Assembly: GCA_043779265.1 (NCBI GenBank)
Contig: JAYWEM010000074.1
Span: 1-24,314 of the forward strand
From: a bacterium
Lineage (GTDB): Bacteria > Eisenbacteria > RBG-16-71-46
Direction of reading: 5' to 3'
DNA length: 24,314 bases
A model generated the notes under the pieces. The model had not been told where the DNA came from and searched no databases. It saw only the letters and a program-made list of their open reading frames with translations. Positions 15,625 through 24,314 of the stretch are shown piece after piece. The first letter of the stretch is position 1. Each line of letters opens with the position of its first letter. Made by a program: the position numbers and the translations under genes.

Positions 15625-16716
15625 TCAGAGGTCCCATTCCGAGTCCAGCGTCAGTCGGCGCTCGTGGGTGCGCGCGCCAGTCAGAGAGCGCATCAAACGG
15701 GCTGAGATCGAGAGACGCCAGCCCTCGCGCAGAGCCGTCCGGACTCCCAGGCGCAATCCCTCGTAGTTCGTGCGCATCGAATGCCACCCCGATTCGGCGA
15801 GCGCATCGAGCACCGCCTCGCGCTCGAGCCGCTGGCCGGTCGCCATGACCTGCCAATCCCGCGCTCGCGCGGCGCTCCCGGCACGCAACTCGATGGAGTA
15901 GCCGATATTCTCGTGGCCCACCGCGACATTGCGTACAGCCTCAGCCGAACATCTCCAGGGACGCGCGCCCTTCCAATCCGAAACGACGAGGCCGGAGATC
16001 AAGTCGTAGTCGTTCGCCAGCGCGCCTTCGACGTCGAGGGCATTGCTTCCGCGGGAGAACCGGAGCGACGTTCCCTCGACCGCCCCGAGCTCATGGTACG
16101 TGCCGGCGATGCGCCAACCGAGGCCGTTCGGACTCGGCCGAGCGAGCCCGATCTGGGCCACTCCGACCGTTGCATCCGCATCGGACTCGCGCTCCTCCAG
16201 CACGAAGTAGCCGAGGATCAAGCTGGCACCCGATCCCTCGAGAAGCGCGGCGATGCCCTCCGGCGAGACATCCTCATCCCAGACCAGCCCCTCGTGCGCG
16301 ATCGGATTCTGCAACTTGCCGGCAAGCAGAGCCGTTCCGGGCCGCGGCTCCCACCGCACCCACAGCCGATCGAGCCGGAGATCCTTCTTCACGAAGCCGT
16401 CCCCGAGCGTGATGTTGCCCGAAGTCGGATCGGCTGAACCGGTGGTGAGCCTCGCGCCGGCGCTCAGGTCGGGAGCCATCTGGCGCGTCGCGCCGATCCG
16501 GAGTCGCGCACGGAAGCGGTGACGCAGCGTGTCACCGAGGGCGGACTCACGCGACTGGCCGTCGTAACGAAGTCGCAGCGCGCTCTCGACGCGAATCGGG
16601 GTCGCGCCCTGGGTGAACGACGGGATCGCCATGAACGAAAACGTCAGCCCGGCGAACCGGAGCGCCCGCAGCGGCACGCCGAACAGGTCTGGAAGCCTTG
16701 CCGGGCTCGCTCTCAT
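15625..16716 (-). CDS. Putative outer-membrane porin (Porin_5-like); start 16716 or 16746
   Basis: 'LRLRYD..RFRARLRIG..GARLTTG..DPTSGNITLGDGF..LDRLWVRW..AGK..NP..LVWDEDVSPEG' pattern and alternating beta-strands; 1-nt gap to the kinase ATG. Confidence 0.7.
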   Translation of the reverse strand: MRASPARLPDLFGVPLRALRFAGLTFSFMAIPSFTQGATPIRVESALRLRYDGQSRESALGDTLRHRFRARLRIGATRQMAPDLSAGARLTTGSADPTSGNITLGDGFVKKDLRLDRLWVRWEPRPGTALLAGKLQNPIAHEGLVWDEDVSPEGIAALLEGSGASLILGYFVLEERESDADATVGVAQIGLARPSPNGLGWRIAGTYHELGAVEGTSLRFSRGSNALDVEGALANDYDLISGLVVSDWKGARPWRCSAEAVRNVAVGHENIGYSIELRAGSAARARDWQVMATGQRLEREAVLDALAESGWHSMRTNYEGLRLGVRTALREGWRLSISARLMRSLTGARTHERRLTLDSEWDL

Positions 16717-16827
16717 CCGGTCGGAGTCCTCGCATCGTGTGCTCACCGCATCACGACCGGGCGGATCATGATGAGTTCAAGAACTCTGCGTGCAGATCGC
16801 ATCCTACAGCCTGGAGTCCCAACTGGC

Positions 16828-17910
16828 TCAGTCGGCGCGAGTCCGCATCGCCCGGCGCGCCAATGCACTGAGTGCAAGGGCTCGGATTCCGGAAGTCGTC
16901 CACCTCAGCTTGCCGCTGGCGCGAGGGGGCGGCTCGGCCAGCGCCGCCCGCCACACCTCCACCTCGATTTTCCGATGCGTGATCGTGTGCCGCACGCGCT
17001 CGCCCGTGTCCGCGAGCCTCACGACTCGGATACCGAGCCCGGACAACTCGCGTCGAAGCGCCGATCTCGCATCGGCGTCGTCCTCGAGATCGACGCCCGG
17101 CGGCTCCCACATCCCCGCGAGCAGGCTTCCCTCCAGGCGGGTCACCAGCGTCCGGCCCCTCGATTCGATCAGCACGATCGCCCGCCGCAACGAGACACTC
17201 GCGCGACGCTCCGCCACGGGTGGGAACTCGTCCACGCGTTCGAGCGCATGGGCACGGCACCAGTTGCGAACCGGGCAGCGATCGCACGCGGGGGATCGCG
17301 GCGTGCACAGGGTTGCGCCAAGCTCCATCAGGGCCTCGTTCCAGGCGCCGGCGTCGCGATGTCGGCCGCTGCGCGAGCCGCCCCCGGGAACGAGCGCTTC
17401 CGCCATGGCCCACAATCGTTTGGCATCGGCGGGCCGCCTCACCGCGAGCGGCGCCGCCGCCCAGCGCGAGAGCACCCGGGCCACGTTGCCATCAAGCACG
17501 GCCAGAGCCGATCCGAAACCCATGGAGAGCACCGCGCCGAGCGTGTAGCGGCCCACTCCGGGCAGCGCACCGAACGCGGTGGGTTCGGAGGGGACGACGC
17601 CCCCATGATCCCGCACCACGATCCGGGCACTCGCATGCAGCGACCTCGCGCGGCGGTAGTAGCCGAGCCCGGCCCACTGCGCGAGCACGTCGTCGAGCGG
17701 CGCGGCGGCGAGCGCCTCGACGCTCGGGAAGCGGTGCACGAATCGCTCGTAGTAAGGTATCGCGGTCGCCACCTGCGTCTGCTGCAGCATCACCTCGCTG
17801 AGCCAGATGCGGTAGGGGTCCCGGCTCCCGCGCCACGGCAGATCGCGGCGATGGCGGCGGAACCAGGCGAGCAGTGCACGCCTCAGCGCCTTCGTCTCCA
17901 ACTCGCCCAT
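16828..17910 (-). CDS. mutY: A/G-specific adenine DNA glycosylase MutY (start 17910, alternatively 17940)
   Basis: RDLPWR..DPYRIWLSEVMLQQTQV, WAGLGYYRRAR, HhH LPGVGRYT, LDGNVARV, Fe-S motif CTPRSPACDRCPVRNWC, NUDIX-like C-terminus. Confidence 0.95.
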   Translation of the reverse strand: MGELETKALRRALLAWFRRHRRDLPWRGSRDPYRIWLSEVMLQQTQVATAIPYYERFVHRFPSVEALAAAPLDDVLAQWAGLGYYRRARSLHASARIVVRDHGGVVPSEPTAFGALPGVGRYTLGAVLSMGFGSALAVLDGNVARVLSRWAAAPLAVRRPADAKRLWAMAEALVPGGGSRSGRHRDAGAWNEALMELGATLCTPRSPACDRCPVRNWCRAHALERVDEFPPVAERRASVSLRRAIVLIESRGRTLVTRLEGSLLAGMWEPPGVDLEDDADARSALRRELSGLGIRVVRLADTGERVRHTITHRKIEVEVWRAALAEPPPRASGKLRWTTSGIRALALSALARRAMRTRAD

Positions 17911-17938
17911 CGCATCCGTCTTGGAGCCCGCTCCGCGC

Positions 17939-18808
17939 ATGTCCGCCTCTGATCCGATCCGTCAGCGATTCACCGAGATGATCGAGCGCCCCGAGGGCGA
18001 GTTCGAACTCGCCCACACGGCACTGCTGGTCGCCGCCGAGTCCGAGCCCTCTCTCGATGTCGACGCCGAGTTGGCGAAGCTCGATGAGTGGGCGCGGACG
18101 CTGCTGGCACGTCTCGACCCCGTATGGAATCCGCTCCAGCGCCTCGCCAGGCTGCGCACGTTCATGTACGAGGAACTGGGCTTCCGGGGCGACGTGCAAC
18201 ATTACTACTCGCCGGAGAACTCCTTGCTCAACTCGGTGATGGCGCGCCGCCAGGGGATCCCGCTCACCATGAGCATCCTGTTCCTCGAACTCGGGTGGCG
18301 CATTGGAGTGCCGTTCGAGGGTGTCGGCTTTCCGGGGCACTTCCTCGTTCGGCTCACGGGACTGCCCGAGGACCTGCTGCTCGATCCGTTCGATCACGGC
18401 GGCAGTGTCCACGAGGAGGACTGCCGCCGCATGCTCGCCAGTTCGACCGGCGGCGTGCTCGAGTTCGACGAGGCGATGACGCGCTCGATCGGCAAGCGCG
18501 AGATGATCGCGCGGCTGCTCTTCAACTTGAAGGTCGCCTGTCTCAAGGCGGGCCGCTTCGAACAGGCCCTCTCGGCAGTCGAGCGCCTGCTGCTCATCCA
18601 CCCCGAGGATGCGATCGAGGTCCGGGATCGCGGCCTGCTGCTCTACCAGCTCGACCAGTATCGCGCGGCCGCTCGCTCGCTCGAACGCTACTTGGAGATG
18701 CGTCCGAGTGCCGACGACCGTGGCGAGATGGAGCGCCATCTGGCCGCGCTCCACATGATGATGGTGGGTGCGAGCGAGGACGGACCCGAGGGCGAAGGCG
18801 CCCCGTGA
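17939..18808 (+). CDS. SirB1/YchA-family protein (transglutaminase-like core + TPR)
   Basis: LGFRGD..YYSPENSLLNSV..RRQGIP, GVGFPGHFLVR, LDPF, RLLFNLK, EVRDRGLL. Confidence 0.88.
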   Translation: MSASDPIRQRFTEMIERPEGEFELAHTALLVAAESEPSLDVDAELAKLDEWARTLLARLDPVWNPLQRLARLRTFMYEELGFRGDVQHYYSPENSLLNSVMARRQGIPLTMSILFLELGWRIGVPFEGVGFPGHFLVRLTGLPEDLLLDPFDHGGSVHEEDCRRMLASSTGGVLEFDEAMTRSIGKREMIARLLFNLKVACLKAGRFEQALSAVERLLLIHPEDAIEVRDRGLLLYQLDQYRAAARSLERYLEMRPSADDRGEMERHLAALHMMMVGASEDGPEGEGAP

Positions 18809-18809
18809 C

Positions 18810-19007
18810 TCAGGTGCGCGAGGGGAACTGACTAGCGTCCTTGAGATTCGGCGTCTTCGCCTGGCTGCCGGTCCAGGCGCACTGCATCACCACGCCGCAG
18901 CGCGGGCATTCGAAGCGCGCGCCCGAGCCCTCCTCGGCGGTGGGCATCCAGCGCTCGAGCTTGGTCTGGCAGGCGGGCGAATAGCAGAGATACACGCACA
19001 GCGGCAT
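18810..19007 (-). CDS. Small Cys-rich Zn-ribbon protein (65 aa, FmdB-like spacing)
   Basis: AGGAG SD overlapping the upstream TAG; MPLCVYLCYSPAC...FECPRCG..C. Confidence 0.7.
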   Translation of the reverse strand: MPLCVYLCYSPACQTKLERWMPTAEEGSGARFECPRCGVVMQCAWTGSQAKTPNLKDASQFPSRT

Positions 19008-19018
19008 CGCGCGGACTC

Positions 19019-20030
19019 CTATCGTGACTCGTCGGCGTTCGTCTCGACGAACGCGTGCATCGTGACTCCGGGGTGTTCGGGCGACAACTTGATCGTGCGC
19101 TCGAGCGGTCCCACATCGATCCAGAAGAGCCGCGGCTCGCGCACCTCGATGAACACGCCGCCTCGCGCGTCGGTTCGAAGGTCGCGTCCGCGAACCGCCT
19201 CGTCGGGCCACGCCTCATCGCGCAGCACCCACACGCGGGACTCTCCCTGCGGCGGCGGGCTCAGCACCACGCCGACACGATCGGCACTATAACGGATGGC
19301 CAGGAACTGCGCCGGGCAGCCCCTGTTCCTGATAGCGGAACTGAGCGCTGAACATCGGCTCCTCGCCCGCCTCGCGCTTGGCGAGCGGCCCCTTCGGCAC
19401 ACGGCCGGCACCCAGTTCGATGCGGTGCGAGAGCGGCAGCGAGGGCAGCGGCATGAAGGGTGTCGGCGTGATGGGCGGCTCGATGCGCGACAAGCGCTCA
19501 CGAATCGAGAGTTCGATCTCCGCGAGCGTGGCGTCGGCGACATCCACCGCTTCGCCGCCCGCCTCGAACAGCGCGAAGGCCGGCGCGTCCCGCCTTGCCA
19601 CCAGCCGGGCGCTCATGCGCAGGCCGGCATCACTCGCCATGGGGAGCGTCAGTCCGAGACGTCTAGCGAGCCGCGCGGGTACGCCGCTGTCGACTGCGAA
19701 CGCGTAGCTCGGGACGTGCACGGCGATCACCCGGGCATGCGGCGAGAACGCACGATGCCAGCGTTCGGCGGCGAGCAGGGCGGGCTCGGCTGCGGCTTCG
19801 GTGTCATCGACCAGCACGAACACCGACGGCTTGCCGACGAGATCCGAGTCCGACAACGCCCCTCCGCTCACCCACTGGGTGAGCAGCGCGAGCGAAGGCC
19901 GGTCCGCCGCAGGACGCACCGCGGTGTCACGTAGTCCGGGCAGGACGCTCGGACCGACGATCAGGATGAGGCCGGCGACCACGACCACGAGCGCGGCGAC
20001 GGCAATGACAGGAGAGGGAACCCGCATCAC
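19019..20030 (-). pseudogene. DipZ-like protein (TM - thioredoxin fold lacking CxxC - DipZ C-terminal-like domain), split by a frameshift near 19305-19325
   Basis: ORF 20030-19287 has 'GKPSVFVL..VIAVHVPSYAF..LGLTLPMASD'. A different frame to 19019 has 'AIRYSADRVGVVL..VWVLRD..RGRD..EVREPRLF..GVTMHAF'. Could be a true lesion or an assembly error. Confidence 0.6.
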
Positions 20031-20036
20031 GGCAAC

Positions 20037-20098
20037 AGGATAGAAGCCTGTGAATCCCGCGTCACGCGGCCTCGGTCAGCACGTCCTCGTGCTAGAGT
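20037..20098. promoter_or_regulatory. Divergent promoter region
   Basis: Minus strand TATCCT (20042-20037) 6 nt before GTG 20030; plus strand TGcTAGAGT (20090-20098) upstream of the lipoprotein gene. Confidence 0.45.
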
Positions 20099-20162
20099 CG
20101 GCCGCGTCCGACCCCACCATCCACGCCGGTGCGCAGGCGCACTGGCTCAGCGAGGAGTCCTG

Positions 20163-21287
20163 ATGAGTTCCAAGCGTCTAGTGCTCGCCCTGTTCGCGAC
20201 GCTCGCCCTCGCGGCGGCCGGTTGCAGCGGCGGCGGAAGCAGCAAGGCCCCAGTCGAAGGCTTCAAGATCGGCATCATGACCGGCACGGTCTCGCAGAAC
20301 GAAGAGGAGTTCCGTGCGGGTGAGCAGGTGGCCGCCAAGTACGGCAACCGCGTCGTGCACGTCACCTACCCCGACAACTTCATGCAGGAGCAGGAGACGG
20401 TCATCGCGCAGCTCACCGGGCTCGCCGCCGACCCGCAGATCAAGGTGATCATCGTGAGCCAGGCGATCCCGGGTTCAGTCGCCGCGGCGCGCAAGATCAA
20501 GGAGCAGCGCCCCGACATCAAGATCGCATTCATCGAGCCGCACGAGGATCCGCCGCTCGTCAATGAGGTCGCTGACCTCGCGATCATGCCCGATCAGCTG
20601 ACGCGCGGACGCACCATCCTCGAAGAGGCCAAGGCGATGGGCGCGACGACGTTCGTGCACTACTCGTTCCCGCGCCACATGTCGCAGGAGCTGCTGGCCC
20701 GCCGCCGCGACCTGATGAAGCAGGCGGCCGACAATCTCGGGATGAAGTTCGAGTTCGTCACCGCTCCCGATCCGATGGCCGAGGGCGGTCTTCCGGCAAC
20801 GCAGCAGTTCGTGCTCGAGGATGTGCCGCGGCAGCTCGGCAAGCATGGCGGGGCGACCGCGTTCTTCTCGACCAACTGCGGCATGCAGGAGCCGCTCATC
20901 AAGTCGGTCCTCACGTCGGGCGAGGGCTATGTGCCCGAGCAGTGCTGCCCCAGCCCGACGCACGGCTACCCGGGCGCGCTCGGCGTGCAGATCCCCGCGG
21001 GCAAGGCCGGCGATATCGCGTACATCAACAGCGAGAACAAGCGCATCGTCGCCGAGCACGGCATGACCGGACACTTCGGCACGTGGATCGCGCCCGAGAG
21101 CATGGTCGCGACGCGCGCCGCGGTGGACCTGCTGGTCGACTCGGTCGACGGCAAGATCGACCTGAAGGACATGGCCACGGTGAAGGAGTACATGGAGCGC
21201 GAGGCCGGAGCCAAGGTCCAGATCGCGCGCTACGACGAGAAGTCGGGCAACCAGTTCATGGTCGTGCTCGACCACATCATCTACTAG
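20163..21287 (+). CDS. DUF3798-family ABC-transporter substrate-binding lipoprotein
   Basis: GAGGAG SD, lipobox AAAG-C; KIGIMTGTVSQNEEE, HVTYPDNFMQEQE, YSFPRHMS, FFSTNCGMQEPL, QCCPSPTHGYPGALG. Confidence 0.85.
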   Translation: MSSKRLVLALFATLALAAAGCSGGGSSKAPVEGFKIGIMTGTVSQNEEEFRAGEQVAAKYGNRVVHVTYPDNFMQEQETVIAQLTGLAADPQIKVIIVSQAIPGSVAAARKIKEQRPDIKIAFIEPHEDPPLVNEVADLAIMPDQLTRGRTILEEAKAMGATTFVHYSFPRHMSQELLARRRDLMKQAADNLGMKFEFVTAPDPMAEGGLPATQQFVLEDVPRQLGKHGGATAFFSTNCGMQEPLIKSVLTSGEGYVPEQCCPSPTHGYPGALGVQIPAGKAGDIAYINSENKRIVAEHGMTGHFGTWIAPESMVATRAAVDLLVDSVDGKIDLKDMATVKEYMEREAGAKVQIARYDEKSGNQFMVVLDHIIY

Positions 21288-21306
21288 CCCACGTCTGCAT
21301 CGCATC

Positions 21307-21349
21307 GGACCCCGCGCCCTCCTCGAGAAGGCGCGGGGTTCTTGCGTTC
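21307..21349 (+). terminator. Terminator or mRNA-stabilising hairpin after the binding-protein gene
   Basis: GGACCCCGCGCC-N11-GGCGCGGGGTTC followed by TTGCGTT. Confidence 0.65.
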
Positions 21350-21431
21350 CGGGGGCCTGCTTCAGCGCGCCTCGCCTCCGTCCGAGACTTGGGGGCGAGC
21401 GGCCGGGGGGACCCGGCGGCACGGAGGGGAC

Positions 21432-22163
21432 GTGTTCCTGGCACTGGCGCTGATCGTCTCGTGGTGGTTCGCAGCGCTCGTGACACCACGCGCGCCCGAG
21501 CGACTCGATGCCCGGATGATCGCCGATGGAGCGGGCGGTCACTGGCTCGCTTGGTGCGAGCGAGGCGATCGAGACGTCGTCGGCCTGCGGCTCACTCGCC
21601 TCGATGCCGAGGGACAGGCTCGCTCCGGCTGGCTCGACGAGGGGCTCGCCATCGACGAGGCGCAGGACGCGCAGCGCGAACCCGCGCTCGCGCTCGACGG
21701 CCGAGGCGGTCTGTGGCTGGCCTGGAGCGATCGACGAGGCGGCCCTCGGCGCATTCACGCCGCGCACGTCGGAGCCGATGGCGCACGCCTGTCACCCTCT
21801 CGCCGCCTCGGAGGTCAGGGGCGTGAGGAGTTCCATCCGACGGTGATGAGCGCGGGCGATGGTGGCGCGTACATCGCGTGGCAATCGTGGGATGGCCGCA
21901 GCAGCGATGTGCAGGCGATCCGGCTCATGCCCGACGGCGAGCCCGCAACCGGCTGGCCCGTGCACGGCCTCGGCGTGGCCGACTCACCATTCGATGAGTG
22001 CTCGCCCCATTGGATCGCGCGGCCCGAGGGACCGGGCCTGTCATGGATCGCCTACGACGGCCCCGAGCCATCGCAGGGACGCCAGCGCGAGGCGCTCCTC
22101 TCGCGCGGCGAGCCTCGCATCCTATGGCGAGACGGCCCCTTCGGCCGAATGCACGCGCGCTGA
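21432..22163 (+). CDS. Hypothetical exported protein with 3-4 'DG.GG.(W/Y).AW' beta-propeller-like repeats
   Basis: GGAGGGG SD before GTG 21432; hydrophobic N-terminus; repeats IADGAGGHWLAW, ALDGRGGLWLAWSD, SAGDGGAYIAWQS. Confidence 0.65.
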   Translation: MFLALALIVSWWFAALVTPRAPERLDARMIADGAGGHWLAWCERGDRDVVGLRLTRLDAEGQARSGWLDEGLAIDEAQDAQREPALALDGRGGLWLAWSDRRGGPRRIHAAHVGADGARLSPSRRLGGQGREEFHPTVMSAGDGGAYIAWQSWDGRSSDVQAIRLMPDGEPATGWPVHGLGVADSPFDECSPHWIARPEGPGLSWIAYDGPEPSQGRQREALLSRGEPRILWRDGPFGRMHAR

Positions 22164-22308
22164 GCGCCGGGCTCCGACCGGGCGAGGGGCACGGTAGCTC
22201 GAAACTCCCCCTATCCAGCGGCCTGCCGGAGGTCTAGGCTCGTTGAACAGAAGGGCGGCGGCGCCGACTCGGAATGGCGCAGCCCCCGTGAAGTTCCATG
22301 GAGGGGAC

Positions 22309-22599
22309 ATGAGCCACGATTCACGTGCGCCGCGCACATCGGCCGCAGAGGTTCCGCCGATGTTCCTCGATCCTTCCGGGCAAGAGCCGCTGCTCGGGTT
22401 CGATGCCGCCCGCAACGCAGGGCGCCCATCGCTCGTCATCACACTCGCCGCCCTGGGCGGAGCGCTGTTCGGCGGCGCGACGGGCGGCGACGACCGCCTG
22501 CTGAGCGCGGTCGTGTTCGCGGTGCTGTTCGCGATGGGCGCGTGGGTGCTGAGATTCGTCGTGGGCCTGGTCCGGGAACTGCTCGACGGCTCGACCTGA
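22309..22599 (+). CDS. Small hypothetical membrane protein (96 aa, 2 TM)
   Basis: GGAGGGG SD before ATG 22309; two hydrophobic segments (LVITLAALGGALFGG; LLSAVVFAVLFAMGAWVL). Confidence 0.65.
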   Translation: MSHDSRAPRTSAAEVPPMFLDPSGQEPLLGFDAARNAGRPSLVITLAALGGALFGGATGGDDRLLSAVVFAVLFAMGAWVLRFVVGLVRELLDGST

Positions 22600-22722
22600 A
22601 CCCGCCTTCGCAGCCTCCATCTGCCGACCGCCCGGGGCCCGCGTGGCCTCGGGCGGTCGCGCTTGCGGGGCACTCGCGGCGCGGGCATGCTGCCGCGTCT
22701 CTCCCACCTTCACTGGGCCCCC

Positions 22723-24314
22723 ATGACCGCTCCGGTTCTCGAGCTGCGCGACATCATCAAGGAGTACGAGGGGAATCGCGTCCTCAAGGGCGTCTCCCTC
22801 ACGGTGCGCCCCGGCACGATCCACGCGCTGCTGGGTGAGAACGGCGCCGGCAAGAGCACGCTGATGAACGTGCTGTTCGGCATGCCGGTGATCCACCAGA
22901 CAGGCGGCTTCCAGGGCAGCGTCCTGTTCGAGGGCGCCGAGGTGAAGTTCGGCTCCCCCGCCGACGCCATGGCGGCCGGCCTCGGCATGGTGCATCAGGA
23001 GTTCATGTTGCTTCCCGGATTCACGATCGCCGAGAACATCAAGCTGAATCGGGAGCCGACCAAGCCGTCGCCGCTCTCGGCCATCTTCGGCAAGCGGCTC
23101 GAGACGCTCGACATCCCGCTCATCCGCAGCGACGCCAAGGCGGCGTTGGCGCAGGTCGGCATGGGACTGGACGAGTGGGCCCCCGTTGCGGGTCTGCCGG
23201 TCGGCCACATGCAGTTCATCGAGATCGCGCGTGAAGTCGACAAACGCAACGCCAAGCTGCTCATCTTCGACGAACCGACCGCCGTTCTGACCGAGAGCGA
23301 GGCCGAGGAACTGCTCGCGGTGATGAAGCAGCTGGCGGCCAAGGGTCTCGGCATCCTCTTCATCACGCATCGGCTCGATGAGGTGATGGCCGTCGCGGAC
23401 GAGATCACCGTGCTGTGCGACGGCGCCGTCGTCGGTCGCATGAAGCCGAGCGAGACCACGGTCGGGCGCATCGCCGAGGTGATGGTCGGCCGTCCCGCAG
23501 CGCTCGTGCGCCATGTCGATGAGCGCTCCACCGCGCCGCGTGCCGCCAAGCTCGAGATCCGGAACCTCTCGGTGGAGATGCCAGGCGAGCGCGTGCATGA
23601 GGTGTCGTTCACGCTGCAGAAGGGCGAGATCCTCGGACTCGCCGGACTCGCCGGGCACGGCAAGATCGGCATCGCCAACGGCCTCATGGGCCTGTCCCCG
23701 GCGAGCGGCGCGGTGCTGAAGGACGGCCAGCCGTTCGCGCTCAACGACCCGCGCGCCGCGATCCACGCAGGCCTCGCGTTCGTCTCCGAGGACCGCCGCG
23801 GCGTCGGAATCCTTCCCGATGAGAGCATTGAGCTGAACATCGCCCTCACGGCGCTCGAGGTGCAGGGCAAGTTCCTCCTGCCGGGCCCGATCCCGGCGCT
23901 TCGCCTGATGGACGCCCCCGCCATCCGCAAGCACGCGCTCGCCAAGATCGAGCAGCTCGACGTGCGCTGCACCGGGCCGACGCAGCACGTGCGCCGACTG
24001 TCGGGCGGCAATCAGCAGAAGGTGTGCCTCGCGCGCGCCATGACCCTGGCGCCCGACACGTTGTTCGTCTCCGAGCCGACGCGCGGCATCGACGTGGGCG
24101 CCAAGGAGCTCGTTCTCGACCTGCTGCGGCAGCTCAACCGCGACGAAGGCCTGACGCTGCTCATCACATCCTCGGAGCTCGCGGAACTGCGCGCCGTATG
24201 CGATCGCATCGTGATCATCTACCACGGGCGCATCGTCACGATCCTCAAGCCGGACGCCAGCGACGAGCAGTTCGGGCTGGCGATGGCAGGCGAGCTCGCC
24301 GAGGCGGCTCACGC
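22723..24314 (+). CDS. Sugar-type (CUT2, RbsA/MglA-like) ABC transporter ATP-binding protein with tandem NBDs; runs off the window end
   Basis: Not in the ORF track because no stop falls in the window. MTAPVLELRDIIKEYEGNRVLKGV..LLGENGAGKSTL, LLIFDEPT, FITHRLDEV, VSEDRR, LSGGNQQKV (around 24001), EPTRGIDVGAK. Confidence 0.93.
   Translation, partial: MTAPVLELRDIIKEYEGNRVLKGVSLTVRPGTIHALLGENGAGKSTLMNVLFGMPVIHQTGGFQGSVLFEGAEVKFGSPADAMAAGLGMVHQEFMLLPGFTIAENIKLNREPTKPSPLSAIFGKRLETLDIPLIRSDAKAALAQVGMGLDEWAPVAGLPVGHMQFIEIAREVDKRNAKLLIFDEPTAVLTESEAEELLAVMKQLAAKGLGILFITHRLDEVMAVADEITVLCDGAVVGRMKPSETTVGRIAEVMVGRPAALVRHVDERSTAPRAAKLEIRNLSVEMPGERVHEVSFTLQKGEILGLAGLAGHGKIGIANGLMGLSPASGAVLKDGQPFALNDPRAAIHAGLAFVSEDRRGVGILPDESIELNIALTALEVQGKFLLPGPIPALRLMDAPAIRKHALAKIEQLDVRCTGPTQHVRRLSGGNQQKVCLARAMTLAPDTLFVSEPTRGIDVGAKELVLDLLRQLNRDEGLTLLITSSELAELRAVCDRIVIIYHGRIVTILKPDASDEQFGLAMAGELAEAAH

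Noticed and set aside
19287..19289. TAG read-through or recoding in the DipZ-like gene
   Set aside because: The downstream domain is in a different frame, so read-through would not join them.
10201..21767. Long alternative ORFs (10201-11694 +, 13866-15224 +, 16519-17952 +, 17492-18754 -, 20475-21767 -)
   Set aside because: Each lies opposite a gene with clear family motifs and has Arg/His-rich, motif-free translation.
22181..22219. GAGGGG...CCCCTATCCAG resembling the intron domain VI 3' end
   Set aside because: Only an 11-nt exact match, with no domain V upstream and a poor stem; probably chance.
22631..22653. CCCGGGGCC/GGCCTCGGG hairpin before the ABC ATPase as a riboswitch or terminator
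   Set aside because: No U-tract and no recognisable aptamer; such stems are common at this GC content.
22321..24312. 663-aa minus-strand ORF
   Set aside because: Antisense shadow of the plus-strand ABC ATPase, typical of high-GC DNA.

Overview
High-GC bacterial chromosomal window. The FlgD/T9SS-like C-terminal domain protein and the 'DGAGG..AW' repeat protein suggest a diderm such as Ca. Eisenbacteria (inference only). From left to right: (1) the 3' end of a secreted protein with a C-terminal sorting-like Ig domain. (2) A degenerate class IIC group II intron (about 497-1526, minus strand) inserted just behind a terminator hairpin. (3) A tightly packed 9-gene minus-strand operon (12335 to 1584): Zn-ribbon-FHA, 2xFHA-TM-lytic transglycosylase, vWA-TM-FHA, membrane PP2C phosphatase, Ser/Thr kinase-TPR-TM-helical domain-2xPEGA, three paralogous 'helical domain + 8-strand outer-membrane barrel' proteins, and a monoheme cytochrome c lipoprotein. 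(4) osmC. (5) A porin plus hybrid histidine kinase pair. (6) mutY divergent from a SirB1/YchA-family gene. (7) A small Zn-ribbon gene behind a frameshifted, Cys-less DipZ-like gene. (8) A DUF3798-type binding lipoprotein and a sugar-type ABC ATPase, separated by two intercalated genes. The best candidate for an undescribed system is the operon in (3): a trans-envelope pThr signalling module whose kinase ectodomain shares a roughly 90-aa helical domain with the three OM barrel proteins. All family calls come from motif recognition by eye; no searches were run.
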